Shown here: positions 48,774 to 61,808 of the stretch, in pieces
How positions within the stretch are numbered: position 1 is the stretch's first letter
Layout: each line of letters starts with the position of its first letter
From: Heteronotia binoei
Taxonomy: Eukaryota
DNA length: 64,000 bases
Assembly (NCBI RefSeq): GCF_032191835.1
Contig: NC_083232.1
Span: 69,688,001-69,752,000, forward strand
Reading direction: 5' to 3'
Translations under genes and position numbers: made by a program
The notes under the pieces: generated by a model
What the model was told of the DNA's origin: nothing
Databases searched by the model: none
What the model saw: only the letters and a program-made list of their open reading frames with translations

Positions 48774-48891
48774 CTTTCACGTTGCACTTGAAGGTCTGAC
48801 TGACCACTCCAGTGTTGTTTTCTTTTTCTGCTGGCCATTCGTATATGTATACTGTTGTCCGAGTCGACCCAGCATCAAGAACAATTCCGTA
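48774..48891 (-). CDS. ENTPD3: NTPDase3 exon ([39 protein letters not shown])
   Basis: 118 nt, ACR1, AG/GT boundaries. Confidence 0.97.
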
Positions 48892-49461
48892 CTAAAAAAC
48901 AGAGGAGTTACTATTCAATAGATTGTTTTGAATTTATGGGCTTCTTTTTTTTTGAATAGCTAATCTTCATGCCATATTACATAAATGGCTATTGATTTCA
49001 AAATCTGCTTGCCAAGCAGCACAGAGGAGAAGGCTGTTGTTTGAGGAAGGGGGGGGAACCCCCACGTTTAAAGCCTCCTCAGGCTTACAGAACACCTTTT
49101 CTGGTTCTTTCGATCCTGGCTACAAAAATGAACTTTGATTAAATCAAGAGCATTCTGGGACTCTCCATGTCCTAAGTCTTTGCAAACCTGCAATGTCAGC
49201 CTCTCTCTTTCAGATTTGTGACTGGGGGAAAAATGACAATGCAATTTGTCATCAAGTCTATATCTATTTAGGACTGCTTTACATGGCTATTGCCTTAAGC
49301 AGAATCAAAAATTATTTTAAAAGACTTTACTCTGTATTATTTCTCTTGTACTTGATCACTGCACCTATGAATTTTGCCACTGAGAGGGTGACATGATCAT
49401 TTGTATCTGACAGCAGCCATGACACTGAGGCTCACACACTCAGCAATTCCATATTTTTAAG

Positions 49462-49752
49462 TAAGGAAAGGAAAGGCCCCCTCTGCAAGCACCAGTCGTT
49501 TCCGACTATGCGGTGACGTTGCTTTCAAAACGTTTTCACGGCAGACTTTTTACAGGGTGGTTTGCCATTACCTTCCCCAGCCTTTTACACTTTCCCCCCG
49601 GCAAGCTGGGTTCTCATTTTACCGACCTTGGAAGGATGGAAGGCTGAGTCATCCTTGGGCCGGCTACCTGAATCCAGCTTCCGCCAGAATCGAACTCAGG
49701 TCGTGAGCAGAATTCAGACCATAGTACTGCAGTACTGCTGCTTAACCACTCT
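49462..49752 (-). mobile_element. Sauria SINE
   Basis: Same body as the other copies; no clear TSD. Confidence 0.82.
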
Positions 49753-50748
49753 GCTGAGTGAAGAGTGTTCATTCTTGCCAAAGTAAATCTCGTCTTACAT
49801 TCTGTCATCAAGTCAACAGAAACTACTACTGTATCAGTCTAGTAATCTCCCCTCCCATTAACCTGAATCCTGAGGCATCACACAAGAATTTGGTTGCGCA
49901 AAGCCATTGTTTTTAAAATTAGAAAGAATAACTTTTGAAAATGTACACCTATTGAAAGCGTGTATGATTAGACAGGCAGCATGGGTCCCTCAGATAAAGA
50001 GATAATGTGGGTAAAAGTGAAGACAGTATTTTAGGCCTTCCCACAAATGACTTAAGCAAGCCACCAGGTACCATACTTTTTCTAGGAATCTTCCCTTCCT
50101 GTCCCACCATATATAGGATATATGGTCCATGGGCAGAATTATAGGATTCATGCTCCATGGGCAGAATTATACATGTTACCAGCAAACCCATAAGAACATA
50201 AAAGCCAAGACCAAAAGATCCATCTAATTTAGCTAATCTAAAATGAGTTGCATTTGGATATGCGTCTGCCACTGTTATGAGTAGTAGTTCCATTCTAAAT
50301 CTTTTACTGTGCGACTTTTGACCTTCCTTTCAGCTTTTTAAGTTCATTTCAAAGGACTGGGATGAATCATAAAGCCCTGAAGCCTGAAAGCACACACTCC
50401 TGCGTCCATCATGGCTTCCCAGGAGAGAAATCAAAACACATCTATCCAGCAGGTCTGAAACCAAGAACAGCAAATCAAGCAAAGCAGAAAGAGGGCTAGT
50501 CTAACTGCATACAAGGAGTTTGACTCCTGGATCCCACAGGCAGAAATTTCTCAGTGTCCTTGCTTTGGAAACGTACAACTGAGCGATGATTCAAGAGAAT
50601 CCCCCCCCCCCCCCCAATAATCAGTTTTACACAGGTGCTGTCTTGTGCTCTTATAAGCCTATTTGATATTATATTAGTTTTATTATAAATTAGCCAAAAA
50701 GTATTTTGGTGTAACAAGCAATACATTATCCAGTAACATAAAGAAAAA

Positions 50749-52827
50749 AGTTAAAGGTAGTCCCCTGTGCAAGCACCAGTCGCATCATGACGTTTTCACA
50801 ACAGTCTTTTTACGGGGTGGTTTGCCATTGCCTTCCCCAGTCATCTACACTTAAGAACATAAGAGAAGCCATGTTGGATCAGGCCAATGGCCCATCCAGT
50901 CCAACACTCTGTGTCACACAGTGGCCAAAAAAAAAAAATACACACACATACACACATATATATATACATACATACATACACACTTACACACTGTGGCTAA
51001 TAGCCACTGGTGGACCTCTGCTCCATATTTTTATCTAACCCACTCTTGAAGCTGCCTATGCTTGTAGCCGCCACCACCTCCTGTGGCAGTGAATTCCACA
51101 TGTTAATCACCCTTTGGGTGAAGAAGTACTTCCTTTTATCTGTTTTAACCTGACTGCTCAGCAATTTCATCGAATGCCCACGAGTTCTTGTATTGTGAGA
51201 AAGGGAGAAAAGTACTTCTTTCTCTACCTTCTCCATCCCATGCATTATCTTGTAAACCTCTATCATGTCACCCTGCAGTCGACGTTTCTCCAAGCGAAAG
51301 AGCTTTCTTCATAGGGAAAGTGTTCCAACCCTTCAATCATTCTAGTTGCCCTTTTCTGGACTTTTTCCAATGCTATAATATCCTTTTTGAGGTGCGGTGA
51401 CCAGAATTGCACACAGTATTCCAAATGAGACCGCATCATCGATTTATACAGGGGCATTATGATACTGGCTGATTTGTTGTCAGTTTCCTTCCTAATAATT
51501 CCCAGCATGGCGTTGGCCTTTTTTATTGCAGTCACACACTGTCTTGACATTTTCAGCGAGTTATCTACCACGACCCCAAGATCTCTTTTGGTCAGCATCT
51601 GCCAGTTCACAACCCATCAACTTGTATTTGTAGCTGGGATTCTTGGCCCCAATGTGCATTACTTTGCACTTGGCCACATTGAACCGCATCTGCCACGCTG
51701 ATGCCCACTCACCCAGCCTCAACAGACCCCTTTGGAGTTCCTCACAATCCTCTCTGGTTCTCACCACCCTGAAGAATTTAGTGTCATCTGCAAGCTTGGC
51801 CACTTCACTGCTCACTCCCAACTCCAAATCATTTATGAACAAGTTAAAGAGCATGGGACCCAGTACCGAGCCCTGTGGCACCCCACTGCTTACCGTCCTT
51901 CACTGCGAAGACTGCCCATTTATAATCACTCTTTGCTTCCTATTAATTAGTCAGTTTTTGATCCACAAGAGGACCTGTCCTTTTACTCCATGACTCTCGA
52001 GCTTTCTAAGGAGCCTTTGATGAGGAACTTTATCAAAAGCTTTCTGGAAGTCAAGGTAAACAACATCTATTGGGTCTCCTTTGTCCACATGTTTGTTCAC
52101 CCCCTCAAAGAAATGCAACAGGTTAGTGAGGCAAGATCTTCCCTTACAGAACTCATGCTGAGTCTTCCTCAATAACTCGTGTTCATCAATGTGCCTACTC
52201 ATTCTGTCCTTGATAATGGTTTCTACCAACTTTCCCGGTATTGAAGTCAGACTGACTGGCCTGTAATTTCCCAGATCTCCTCTGGAACCCTTTTTAAAGA
52301 TGGGGGTGACATTTGCTACCTTCCAGTCCTCAGGAACGGAGGCAGATTTTAATGAAAGATTACATATTTTTGTCAGGAGATCCACAAGTTCAACTTTGAG
52401 TTCTTTCAGAACTCTTGGATGTATGCCATCCGGACCTGGTGACTTATTAGTTTTTAATTTGTCTATCAGTTGTAGGACCTCCTCTCTTGTCACCTCAATC
52501 TGACTCGGGTCTTTCAACACCCCTTCCAAAATTAGTGGTTCTGGAGCGGGCAAACACTTCTCATCTTCCACAGTGAAGACAGAGGCAAAAAATGCATTTA
52601 GCTTCTCAGCCATTTCCCTATCCTCTTTCATTAATCCTTTGACCCCTTGGTCACTTTTCTCCCAGCAAGTTGGGTACTCATTTTACCAATCTCGGAAGGA
52701 TGGAAGGCTGAGTTAACCTTGAGCTGGCTATCTGAACTCAGCTTCTGCCGGGATCAAACTCAGGTTGTGAGCAGAGAGCTCAGACTGCGGTACTGCAGCT
52801 TTATCCCTCTGCGCCATGGGGCTCCCT
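50749..52827 (-). mobile_element. Sauria SINE split by a CR1 insertion
   Basis: 3' half at 50749-50852, 5' half at 52652-52827; TSD ataaagaaaaa / ataaagaacaa. Confidence 0.85.
50853..52651 (-). mobile_element. 5'-truncated CR1 LINE with an inactivated RT ORF2
   Basis: KSPGPDGIHPRVLKELK, WKVANVTPIFKKG, YRPVSLTS, YLDFQKAFDKV, VPQGSVLGP, LADDTK. Two in-frame TGA stops (probably TGG>TGA) and frameshifts; cactt duplicated at both junctions. Confidence 0.92.
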
Positions 52828-54369
52828 ATAAAGAACAATGCGGCTGAAGATTCCCACACGGCCTGTCCATTAAAATCAGACAGATTTGTTAAACAGATAT
52901 AACGATGCTTACCCTCAAACCCACTTATTACTTAGTTAATAACAATCCACTGGTGATGCACCAAACTATCCTCCAGTGCAGAATACCCAGTCACACCCCT
53001 AAACTTATGACAGACTTTCTGTAACATCTGGCAAGCTTGCAGAACGGCTGTATCTGGAATGAGCATCATAAAAAATGCAATGTGAAATAGTTTGCAAGGA
53101 GACAGAGCAATCCTGCAGAAGGGTCAACTACTGGATAGCTTCATTCAGAGCCATTCTTGGCCTGTCTCAGTAGGTGGGCTGCCATGGCGGTGACGGGGGT
53201 GGGGGGGGAGACCAAAGAAAGAAACGTGGAATCGGTAAATCCTTCTATAACCATGTTATTAAGCCTGAGTGTGTGTACAAACTTCAGCATGTATGAACCA
53301 CCAGCACTTTAGAAGAATTGTTACTTGTAAGTTTGGAAGCTTTTGTCTTTCTTGAAATAAATAATAATTTGTTTAAATGGTCCCTTTTCGCTTTAGACAC
53401 CTTGCCATGTACATAGTCAGATTTACCAAAGGGGAATTACTTCCCTGGATGTTTTGAATATGCTGAAAGTCAAACCTTTACCCTCCACCAAGGCAAAGCT
53501 GGTCAGGCCAAAAGCATTGCCATTTGGGAGTGGGGATAGTGAGAGACCACCATTACAGGACGTTTTAAAAAAATAAAAAATGCCCCTATTCTAAAAAGAA
53601 CCTCTGATAATCTGAATGGAAGCTGTTGTGTCCTAAATTAAAGGAAGTTTTATTTAACAAACAAACAAATAGGTGGAGCAAAACACTCTCTTGCCTGACC
53701 ACAGCAGTCATTGAGCATATGATAAGAGTGTTCAGTGAGTGGAAAACAAGTCCTTCACAGAGAACCAGCTCACTGTTGGCTCAAGTATGGTAAGCAGGAA
53801 TATTGCTTCACCAATGCAGACAGGCCGGAAGTTCAGTGGTCACTTTCTGGTAGCATGATAATCAGTAAACTCCTTGAGGCCTTTTTCCAGAGATGTCATC
53901 CCACTATTTTGGTTTCCACTACTTAAATCCTGTGGTTTCAACAGAGTTGAGCAGATTTTTATCACCTCAGAGTAAACAACTGAACATGTCCCACAAATAA
54001 TTCCCCTTCTTGGTTTCTTCTCACTTGGTATTAGCGGGCAGAAGGATAAGACTGTCAACATGTCCTAACCAGTGAAGCAAGCAAGAAGTTACACCCTTCA
54101 AGCTTAACTCCTTCAGAAAGACAGACACAGCCAAGAGGTGTCTTTCAGTAGAAGCTGTAAGCCTTTGAGGCCTTTAGGCACTTAACTGTCCGCAGAGATC
54201 TTCTCAATAATGATCTCATCCTAATATGTTGCTATGCTGCATTTTATCTATATAGTGTTTTGAACTTCTTTCCCCCAAAAAAGAAAAAAAAACTTATAGT
54301 GGAAACTTTTGTTAGTCATTTTGGGGACCACTTGATCAGGTGACTGGATAAACTGATGCTTGATGATTA

Positions 54370-54600
54370 TTATTTACCTATTTACTTCATTGATACTCTA
54401 CCTTTCTTCTCAATGGGGACCCAGAGCAGCTCACATTGTTCTCCTTTCCTCCATTTTATACTCACAACAAGCTTAGGCTGGGGAGTAGCTTAGGCTGAGC
54501 ACATGTGATGAAGCCACCAAATTTTAATGGCAAAGTGGATATTTGAACCTGGGTTTCTCAGATCCTAGTCTAACACTCCAACTGCTACACCACACTGACT
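54370..54600 (-). mobile_element. tRNA/CORE-type SINE
   Basis: atttgaacctgggtttctcagatcctagtctaacactccaactgctacaccacactg head; L2-like tail. Boundaries approximate. Confidence 0.6.
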
Positions 54601-56107
54601 TTCAGATAGCTGCAGTACATTAAACAAGTGACCCTTTTGTGATCACTACTTTGAACACTCCAGCTTAGATTAAAGGTTCTCTTCTTGCTTAGCATATTAC
54701 ACTTGATATAGGAATTCCCTCTCAGCACACTTGAAGGGAGATATTTACACATTCCCTACTTCCAACATCTGTCTTCCTGCCAACTGAACACAGTCTAAAC
54801 AGTGGAACATGTGTTATTTTACTGCCTGTTTTTACAAGGACATTTGTTCCACATATCTCAGACCTGTTCTATCCAAGTTCCCAGGAAGAGCTGATAAATT
54901 CTATATGCATCTCCTCCTAGGTGACTGACCTAATGAGACCATCTCCAAAGTGGCCAGATTCTGTCCTGAGGCCTTGGGTATATGAAAGCAGATATTCCAA
55001 ACTTTTGAATAACTTTTTATCTATAATCCGTTGCACCTATAAGGCTATAAATTTTAATCCTTTTTATATATGTACGTAAACTGCGCTGGTAAACTGCTTG
55101 GATGATCTTTGATCGTAACAAATGTTGAAATTTAAAAAAATTGATATGAGCATTCCCAACTTTTGAAGGGAACCCCCTCCCTCATCCCTGGGCAGGTATA
55201 ACCCAGCATCATAACTGACACAACACTCCAGCTACCCAAACAAGGTTGTCAGAGGTTCCCTGGCTGTAGGGGAAATAACCAAGGTAGCCATAAGAATGAG
55301 GTCACTTGGAAGGTATCCTTTTCATAGGTCTTCATTCAAAATGTTTTTGTTTCAGAAGGATCAAGGAGGAGAAGAGGGCTGTCTATGGCAATGAAGCTTC
55401 ACTTCCCCAAATCCTACTCAGCAATCTTGAGCACTTCAGTAGTTCACCAAGCACTGCTCACAAAATTATAAAGCTATCAATAAAAACCCAAAGGACCATG
55501 GTTTTCAGGGAGCTAAATTCTATCCCCCACACCAAATGCCTTACAAGTGCAATACAATTTAAGAATACAAGTGTATACGTATGAGGGGGTGTCACAGACA
55601 TTAGGAGCAGTTTCGAATTCAGCTCTAAAACAGCGTTGGCATCCATGGGTCAGACCCATATACATCTTAACATGTAGTTTGGCCCACTGTTAACAAAGTT
55701 GACATTTTCCTAGGGAATTAGCTTTTCTAGGACCAGTGTTGGTGATGCATTTCTAGAACAAGAGAAAGCTCAGAAGTGCATACTCGCCCTTCCTTTCTGA
55801 GCTCACATGAAAGGGAAACTTCTTGCACTGGTAATGAAAAACACTCTCTACATGTTCAGAAGCAGTGGGCTGGCTCTTGCAGATTTGTTCCACTAGTGCT
55901 TTGTAAGTAATTGCAGTAAACTTTATTACTTACTCCCATCAGAGGAAAATGCCTCCTCTAGCAGAAAGGGTCTGCTGGATCCATCCAGTTACTTAATTTT
56001 ATACTGCATGTTTTGGAGCTGTACCCTGCCTGGCACTGAAAATAGGTTTGGGGGCTCAACCCTCTCAGATTCCATAGCATGTAATTCAGTGTGCTCTGGA
56101 AACTTAC

Positions 56108-56235
56108 CTTCAGACCTGGTGAAAGGACAGCTTTTTGATTCAACTGCACAAGAGTAATGGCAACAATAACAGCTATGCTTAAAAGCAGAAAAATGAAAGT
56201 GACGATGGTTGGCATTTTGTACAGGACCCGGAAGC
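56108..56235 (-). CDS. ENTPD3: NTPDase3 exon with N-terminal TM helix (FRVLYKMPTIVTFIFLLLSIAVIVAITLVQLNQKAVLSPGLK)
   Basis: 128 nt, phase 1 acceptor, GTAAG donor. Confidence 0.95.
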
Positions 56236-56753
56236 CTAAAGATAAGAAAGCAAACATTTATATTATGTGGGTTAATGGTTTTTGCATTGGTTTTTTTTTT
56301 TCATTCAAAAAGTCCTTGTTTTTGGACATGCTTAAGATGAGAAAGAAGAACTTCTTTTTAGGAAACTATCTGCCAATTCACATATTACAAAGCTCAAGTG
56401 GTGCAGACATAACCACCATGAGGACTTCGGATCACACTGGCCTCAAGTTTCATGCTAGGAACTCAGTTTCTAGGTATGTGTGTGTGTGTGGGGGGGTGTC
56501 AGTATGGATTGGAACTGGGTCTTGCGGGGGAAAAGAAGAGGCTTCAGCTTCCTCCATGGTGCCATTTTCCTCACTCAGAAGGCTGTGAAGCCGCAGTATT
56601 TGCCACACTGGGGAAACTTACATATACTGATGACTACCTACAAGTTTCCTCAATACAGGAATAGCAGATCCTAGGACCATTTCAGGTCTAGAACACTGCT
56701 TCCCAACTTGAGGGCTGGGACCCCTGAAAGTGGGTTGTGACCCAGCCCTCCTT

Positions 56754-57300
56754 TTTTTTTTTTTTTTTGACCCATCACCCTTGTTGCCCATACTTATCTA
56801 TCACTGCCTATTGTATGCCTAATACTTGATATAGCTCTCTGGACCACCTTGGCCCCCACAGCCTAGAGGGAACTATGTTCAAGATCACATCCCGGACCCT
56901 GTAAATTAGGGTCGGTAGACCAGCCTTTCATCCACCGCCAATCGCAGCATGTCCTCTAACCATTGCGCTACGGTTCCTGAAAAATCTGTTCTCCACGTCT
57001 GCATGATTATCCTCTTTGCCGTCATCAGTGCCCGAAATCCCCAATATCGCTGTGGGCGAGACAACACCCATGTTGACGGGAAGTGGTTTAAAAGAACTTG
57101 CATGGCTGTAAATCTGTGCTGACCTCCCAATACGCGGTTTATCCACCTGAGTATATCGCCCCAGAAATCAAGCAGCACCGGACATGCCCAGATCATGTGG
57201 CTTAGCCCCGCTTCACTTCCCTGGCATCGCCAACATGCTGGTGAAGTCAAGAGGTTAAATTTATGTAGTCGAACAGGTGTCCAGTAAATACGGAAATGAA
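56754..57300 (-). mobile_element. 5'-truncated L1-clade LINE (CCHC C-terminus, 3'UTR, poly-A)
   Basis: HFRIYWTPVRLHKFNLLTSPACWRC...HMIWAC; 17-nt T run at 56752-56768; perfect 15-bp TSD gacccagccctcctt at 56739-56753 and 57301-57315. Confidence 0.9.
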
Positions 57301-57762
57301 GACCCAGCCCTCCTTAACGGCTGCTTCAGCCCCTTTCCATTGTTCTGTTTTGTATTTTGGAAGACCATGATCTGACTCTCGAAACAGTGTCTTCCATGTC
57401 ATACATTCATTGATTTTTTTCTACATTGCATACCTATATTGATCAAGCAGATCTGTCCTGATGGTTGCTAGAGTGAGTTTCTTTGAATCTTAGCAGGGGG
57501 AATTAGAGGAAAAACAAGAGAATGAAGGACAAGAGGATGGTGAAAGACTTTGTATGTCAAAATGCCATTTGCTCCAGATTCATAGTGAGAGCAGCTGCAC
57601 ACTTGGCACAATGTTTGTTGTTGTTTTTTTTCAAAAACATCTGTAGAAAATGAAAAACTGAATGAGATCAGAGCTTGCCTAGGGTGTAAAAAAAATGGCC
57701 CAGACTTGGATAGGTCACTATACCAAGTAAATTTGGACTTGTTGAGTCACCATACTGAAAAG

Positions 57763-58784
57763 CAGCTCTATCTGCTTATGGACGGCCGGCCCGCCTGCGT
57801 TCCAGAAAATCTGGACCGGGCGTTACAGGCAGTGGCTAGGTGGCTTAGGCTGAGCGGGCTGAAGCTGAATCCGGCGAAGACAGAGGTCCTTTGCTTGGGT
57901 CTCTGCGGCCCGGGAAGGGAAATCCCCCTGCCAGTTTTTGACGGCGCGCCGCTGACAGCGTCGGGCAGGGTCAAGAGCCTGGGGGTGCTATTGGAGCCTT
58001 CTCTGACGATGGAGGCTCAGATAGCAGCCACTGCCAAGTCCGCTTTCTTTCACCTTAGGCGGGCGAGGCAGTTGGCCCCCTTCCTGGAACCTAGCAACAG
58101 TGATTCATGCTACGGTCACCTCGAGGTTGGACTACTGTAATGCCCTCTACATGGGGCTACCCTTGGGCCGGACCCGGAAGCTGCAGTTGGTGCAGAATGC
58201 TGCTGCCTGGCTGTTATTAGGGCTCCCAAGATGGGAGCACATTCGGCCGGGGCTCCGGGATCTGCACTGGCTGCCGGTAATATTCCGAGTCCAGTACAAG
58301 GTGTTGGTCATTACCTTTAAAGCCCTATATGGCCTAGGACCTGCCTACCTTAGGGACCGTCTCTCCCCACACGTTCCCCAGAGAGTACTACGCTCCGGTT
58401 CACAAAACCTGCTGGTAGTCCCCGGGCCAAAGGAGGCCCGTCTAAAATCCACCAGGGATCGGGCCTTCTCAATAGCGGCACCTTACTGGTGGAACCAGCT
58501 GCCGGAGGAGGTGCGGGCCCTGCGGGACCTAGGGCAGTTCCGCAGGGCCTGTAAGACAGCCCTCTTCCGGCAGGCCTACAACACCTAACTGAAGAGGAGA
58601 ACATCTTGGATGGAACAAAATGCTTTTATAGACCGCTGGTTTTATTTTATCTTGTTTTATCAATTGTGGTTTTAACTGTACTTGTAAATGTTTTAAACTG
58701 AATTATGTGAATTATTGTGTTGTGAGCCGCCCTGAGACACTTCGGTGAGAAGGGCGGGATATAAGTCCATTAAATAAATAAAAA
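57763..58784 (+). mobile_element. 5'-truncated L2 LINE (3' part of RT and 3'UTR)
   Basis: QLYLLMDG...LKLNPAKTEVL...SRLDYCNALY...LHWLPV; frameshifting deletion near 58090; (TAAA)n tail. Confidence 0.9.
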
Positions 58785-59009
58785 GGCTAGGAACCACTGG
58801 TCTAGAGAAATGGCATGGAAGGAAGCTCCTTCTACCCCAATGCTGTAGTACTGATCCAACATGAGCCCCTCCCACAGCTAGAAACCAAGTTCCCAGAATG
58901 TAACACTAGCTGCACTGCTGTGTGAATTGGTCCTCCTGAGGGAATATGAACTTGTAGAATACTCTATGAAGCCTCTTAGGGGATCTGTGCTTTTTGAAAG
59001 TATCTAGAG

Positions 59010-59296
59010 CAGGGGTGGCCAAACTGTGGCTTGGGAGCTGCATGTGGCTCTTTCACATGTATTATGCTGCTCTTAAAGCCCTCACTGCCCCGTCAGCTGG
59101 CTTGAAGAAGGCATTTGTCTCTTTAAATCTCTCCTCCAAGCCAAACCAGCTGGCAGCTTGGAGAATGCATTTAAAGTTAAAGTTGCTTTATTTCCGCCTC
59201 CACCTCCCATTTTCCTTCCTTCCTTGTCTTGCAGCTTTCAGACATCTGACATTTATTCTATATGACTCTTACATTAAGCAAGTTTGGCCACCTCTG
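59010..59296. mobile_element. hAT-like MITE, family A
   Basis: TIRs present; TSD atctagag / atctagac. Confidence 0.87.
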
Positions 59297-61215
59297 ATCT
59301 AGACAGCCAGTGTGAATTCCTTCTAATAATATAGGATTGCCCCCCCCCTTTCCCTCTTAGAGAGCTTCCACTTCTTTCTGCCTGTGACACAGCTATGAAA
59401 AGCACAGAAGCCCAGTAAGAGGGGAAAACACAGGGAGCAACCCTAGATCAGTAGGATGAAATCACAAGTGAATACCATACTGGGGAAAGCTTTTCCTATT
59501 GAGGTTAATTCATAAGGACCTTTCCATAATAAAGATGGCAGCTTCACATTGGCAGCAAGTTGACTCATGCATTGACATCAGTTTATTAGACACAATGGAT
59601 GATTCACAGTTGCATGTGTCAAAAGTGACACAAGGTGATACCATATTGCTTAGTAAACTGGGTGATTCATAATTATCGCGAAAGCAGCAGCACCAGGCCA
59701 ACCACTGACCAAGCAGGGGCTTCGACATCCTCAGAGGACTCTCAAGGTAAGCAGGAAAAATATGACCTTGTGAAGCGACCAAAAGAAAACAACACCCCCA
59801 CAGCCAAATTGTGATGAGGACTTGGCATGCCTCAAGAGGTAGAAAATGTGGAAAGAAGTTGAGAATAAAAGGGAGTGGACATTGGTTCTTCTACTGAAAT
59901 ATACCCTTTTCAGCTCAGAACCTTTTCTTTGCTCCGTGGAAAAACTGTGTCAACCTATTTTGTTAACAAAAATTAATTATAGCCAATAAATAACAATTGC
60001 CAGCTAGTAAATTGTTTATTACAAAGTTTCCCTGCCCATCTTCCAAAGATTCAAGGTTAACATACAAGCTTCTCCAGTCCTGTAAGACAGGTTATGTTAA
60101 GAATAATTGGCTCAAGGTTGCTTGGGGGTTTCATGAGGCTTTGGATCTGAGGCCTAGCCTAACACACCAACCCCTACACCACAGCCCACAGCTACTGTAG
60201 CATATTGTTCAAAGAAAGTGTTTGCTAGAAACATCTGCCAGCACATCCTTATCGTTTTATATTACAAAAATCAGAAGTCCACAGAGTCCTAAAGCATGAA
60301 ACTATTCATACAGGAAAACAAACAGCTTTTTGTACCTGAGGAGTAAAGAGCTAGAATACTGATATCAGATAGGCAAGCAGCCTAATTTTGTGCAGTATGC
60401 TTATCTGCTTTATAAAATTAGGTGAGTCATGAAAGATAGTCATAGGATGTCATATTAGAATACAAGAGATTCAAGTCCCCTGTTCTGCTCAGTTTGAATT
60501 TAGATGCATTACCTCAGTATTGTCCAATGAAAATAACATTCATTAACACTTCCTTACCTTAAGGCCTACATCATAGGTGAACTCACCAAAGTGTGGGAGG
60601 TGTTCAGATACTGCAATAATGCTCATTTTAGCTAACTACATAGAGATAAAATATCCCTCATCATATTGATCAATCAATGTAGCATCTGCCAATTGCAGTT
60701 GAAACACTATGTATTTTATATGTACTCCAGTTTGCAAACCTTTTGGAAAAAGGTTTGCCCCCATATCAGGCTTGGGGCCTGAGGCATTGGGCAACGTTCT
60801 GTTGTCATTTATATCTAACCAGGTTACTGTCTTTTACCCAGAAAATATCCATTAACCTATCTAGTGGTGAGACTGCTGACATTTCACCAATAGAAAGTTT
60901 GCCTTCCACAGATCTGGGTGGGATTTGGATCAAATGATCAATTTACAGTACAATCCTGTGCAAAGTTTCTCTAGTCTCAACACATCCACGTATCAGTGGG
61001 TTTAGAATGACATCAGTCTGCATAGGATTGTATTGCCAGAATGCTAATTCTATCCATCCTGAGAACTCAGGTTTAGGAACCGCATTTTAAAATGCAACGA
61101 TAGAGTCAACAGTCTTAAATTACTAAAGAGAAAATAAATAGCAAAAAGACTTTTCAGCAGCTTGCCCTGGCTACCAAAAGCTAGCTCAAACAGGGCAATA
61201 GGCCTTGATACATAG

Positions 61216-61428
61216 TAGGGTTCCCAGCCCTGCCTTGAAAAGTTCCTAGAGATTTAGGGGTGGTATATGGGGAGGACAGGATTTGGGGAGGGAGCTCAGC
61301 TGGGAGGTGATGCCATATACCCCACCCTCTAAAGCTGCCATTTCCTGTAGAGGAACTGATCTTTGTTGTCTGGAGGTCAGTTGTGATTTTGGGAGTGCTC
61401 CAGGCTCCAACTAAAGGTGGCAATCCTG
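61216..61428. mobile_element. hAT-like MITE, family D
   Basis: tagggttcccagc ... ggtggcaatcctg. Confidence 0.65.
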
Positions 61429-61619
61429 GATTAAAATGTAGGCTGGTAGAGCCCCCAAAGCAATAGTCACTTCCAGGGTAGTGGGCTGGACAGCTCTGCA
61501 GACTGGGGGTGGTGGCGGCTTTTTTTTAAGCCACTAGCCCTCAAATGTATGCTATCAGCAAAAATATTGGGACTGCCTCTCAATATGCCCCTGGAAGAGC
61601 ATTACACTTAGGGAACAAA

Positions 61620-61808
61620 AATTTCTTGATGGTCCCCAACCTGAGAGAGATCCAGCTGTCCTCAACCAGGGCCAGGGCCAAGGACAACTCCTGTGATAGC
61701 TACGGCTGACCCAAGGCCATTCCAGCAGCTGCAAGTGAAGGAGTGGGGAATCAAACCCGGTTCTCCCAGGTAAGAGTCCACACACTTAACCGCTATACCA
61801 AACTGAGC
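61620..61808 (-). mobile_element. tRNA-derived SINE (Squam2-like)
   Basis: Reverse complement head cagtttggtatagcggttaagtgtgtggactctt...ccgggtttgattcccc. Confidence 0.65.

Noticed and set aside
59690-59755. Plus-strand donor caag|gtaagc as an ENTPD3 antisense exon
   Set aside because: A single splice-like motif with no acceptor or other support.
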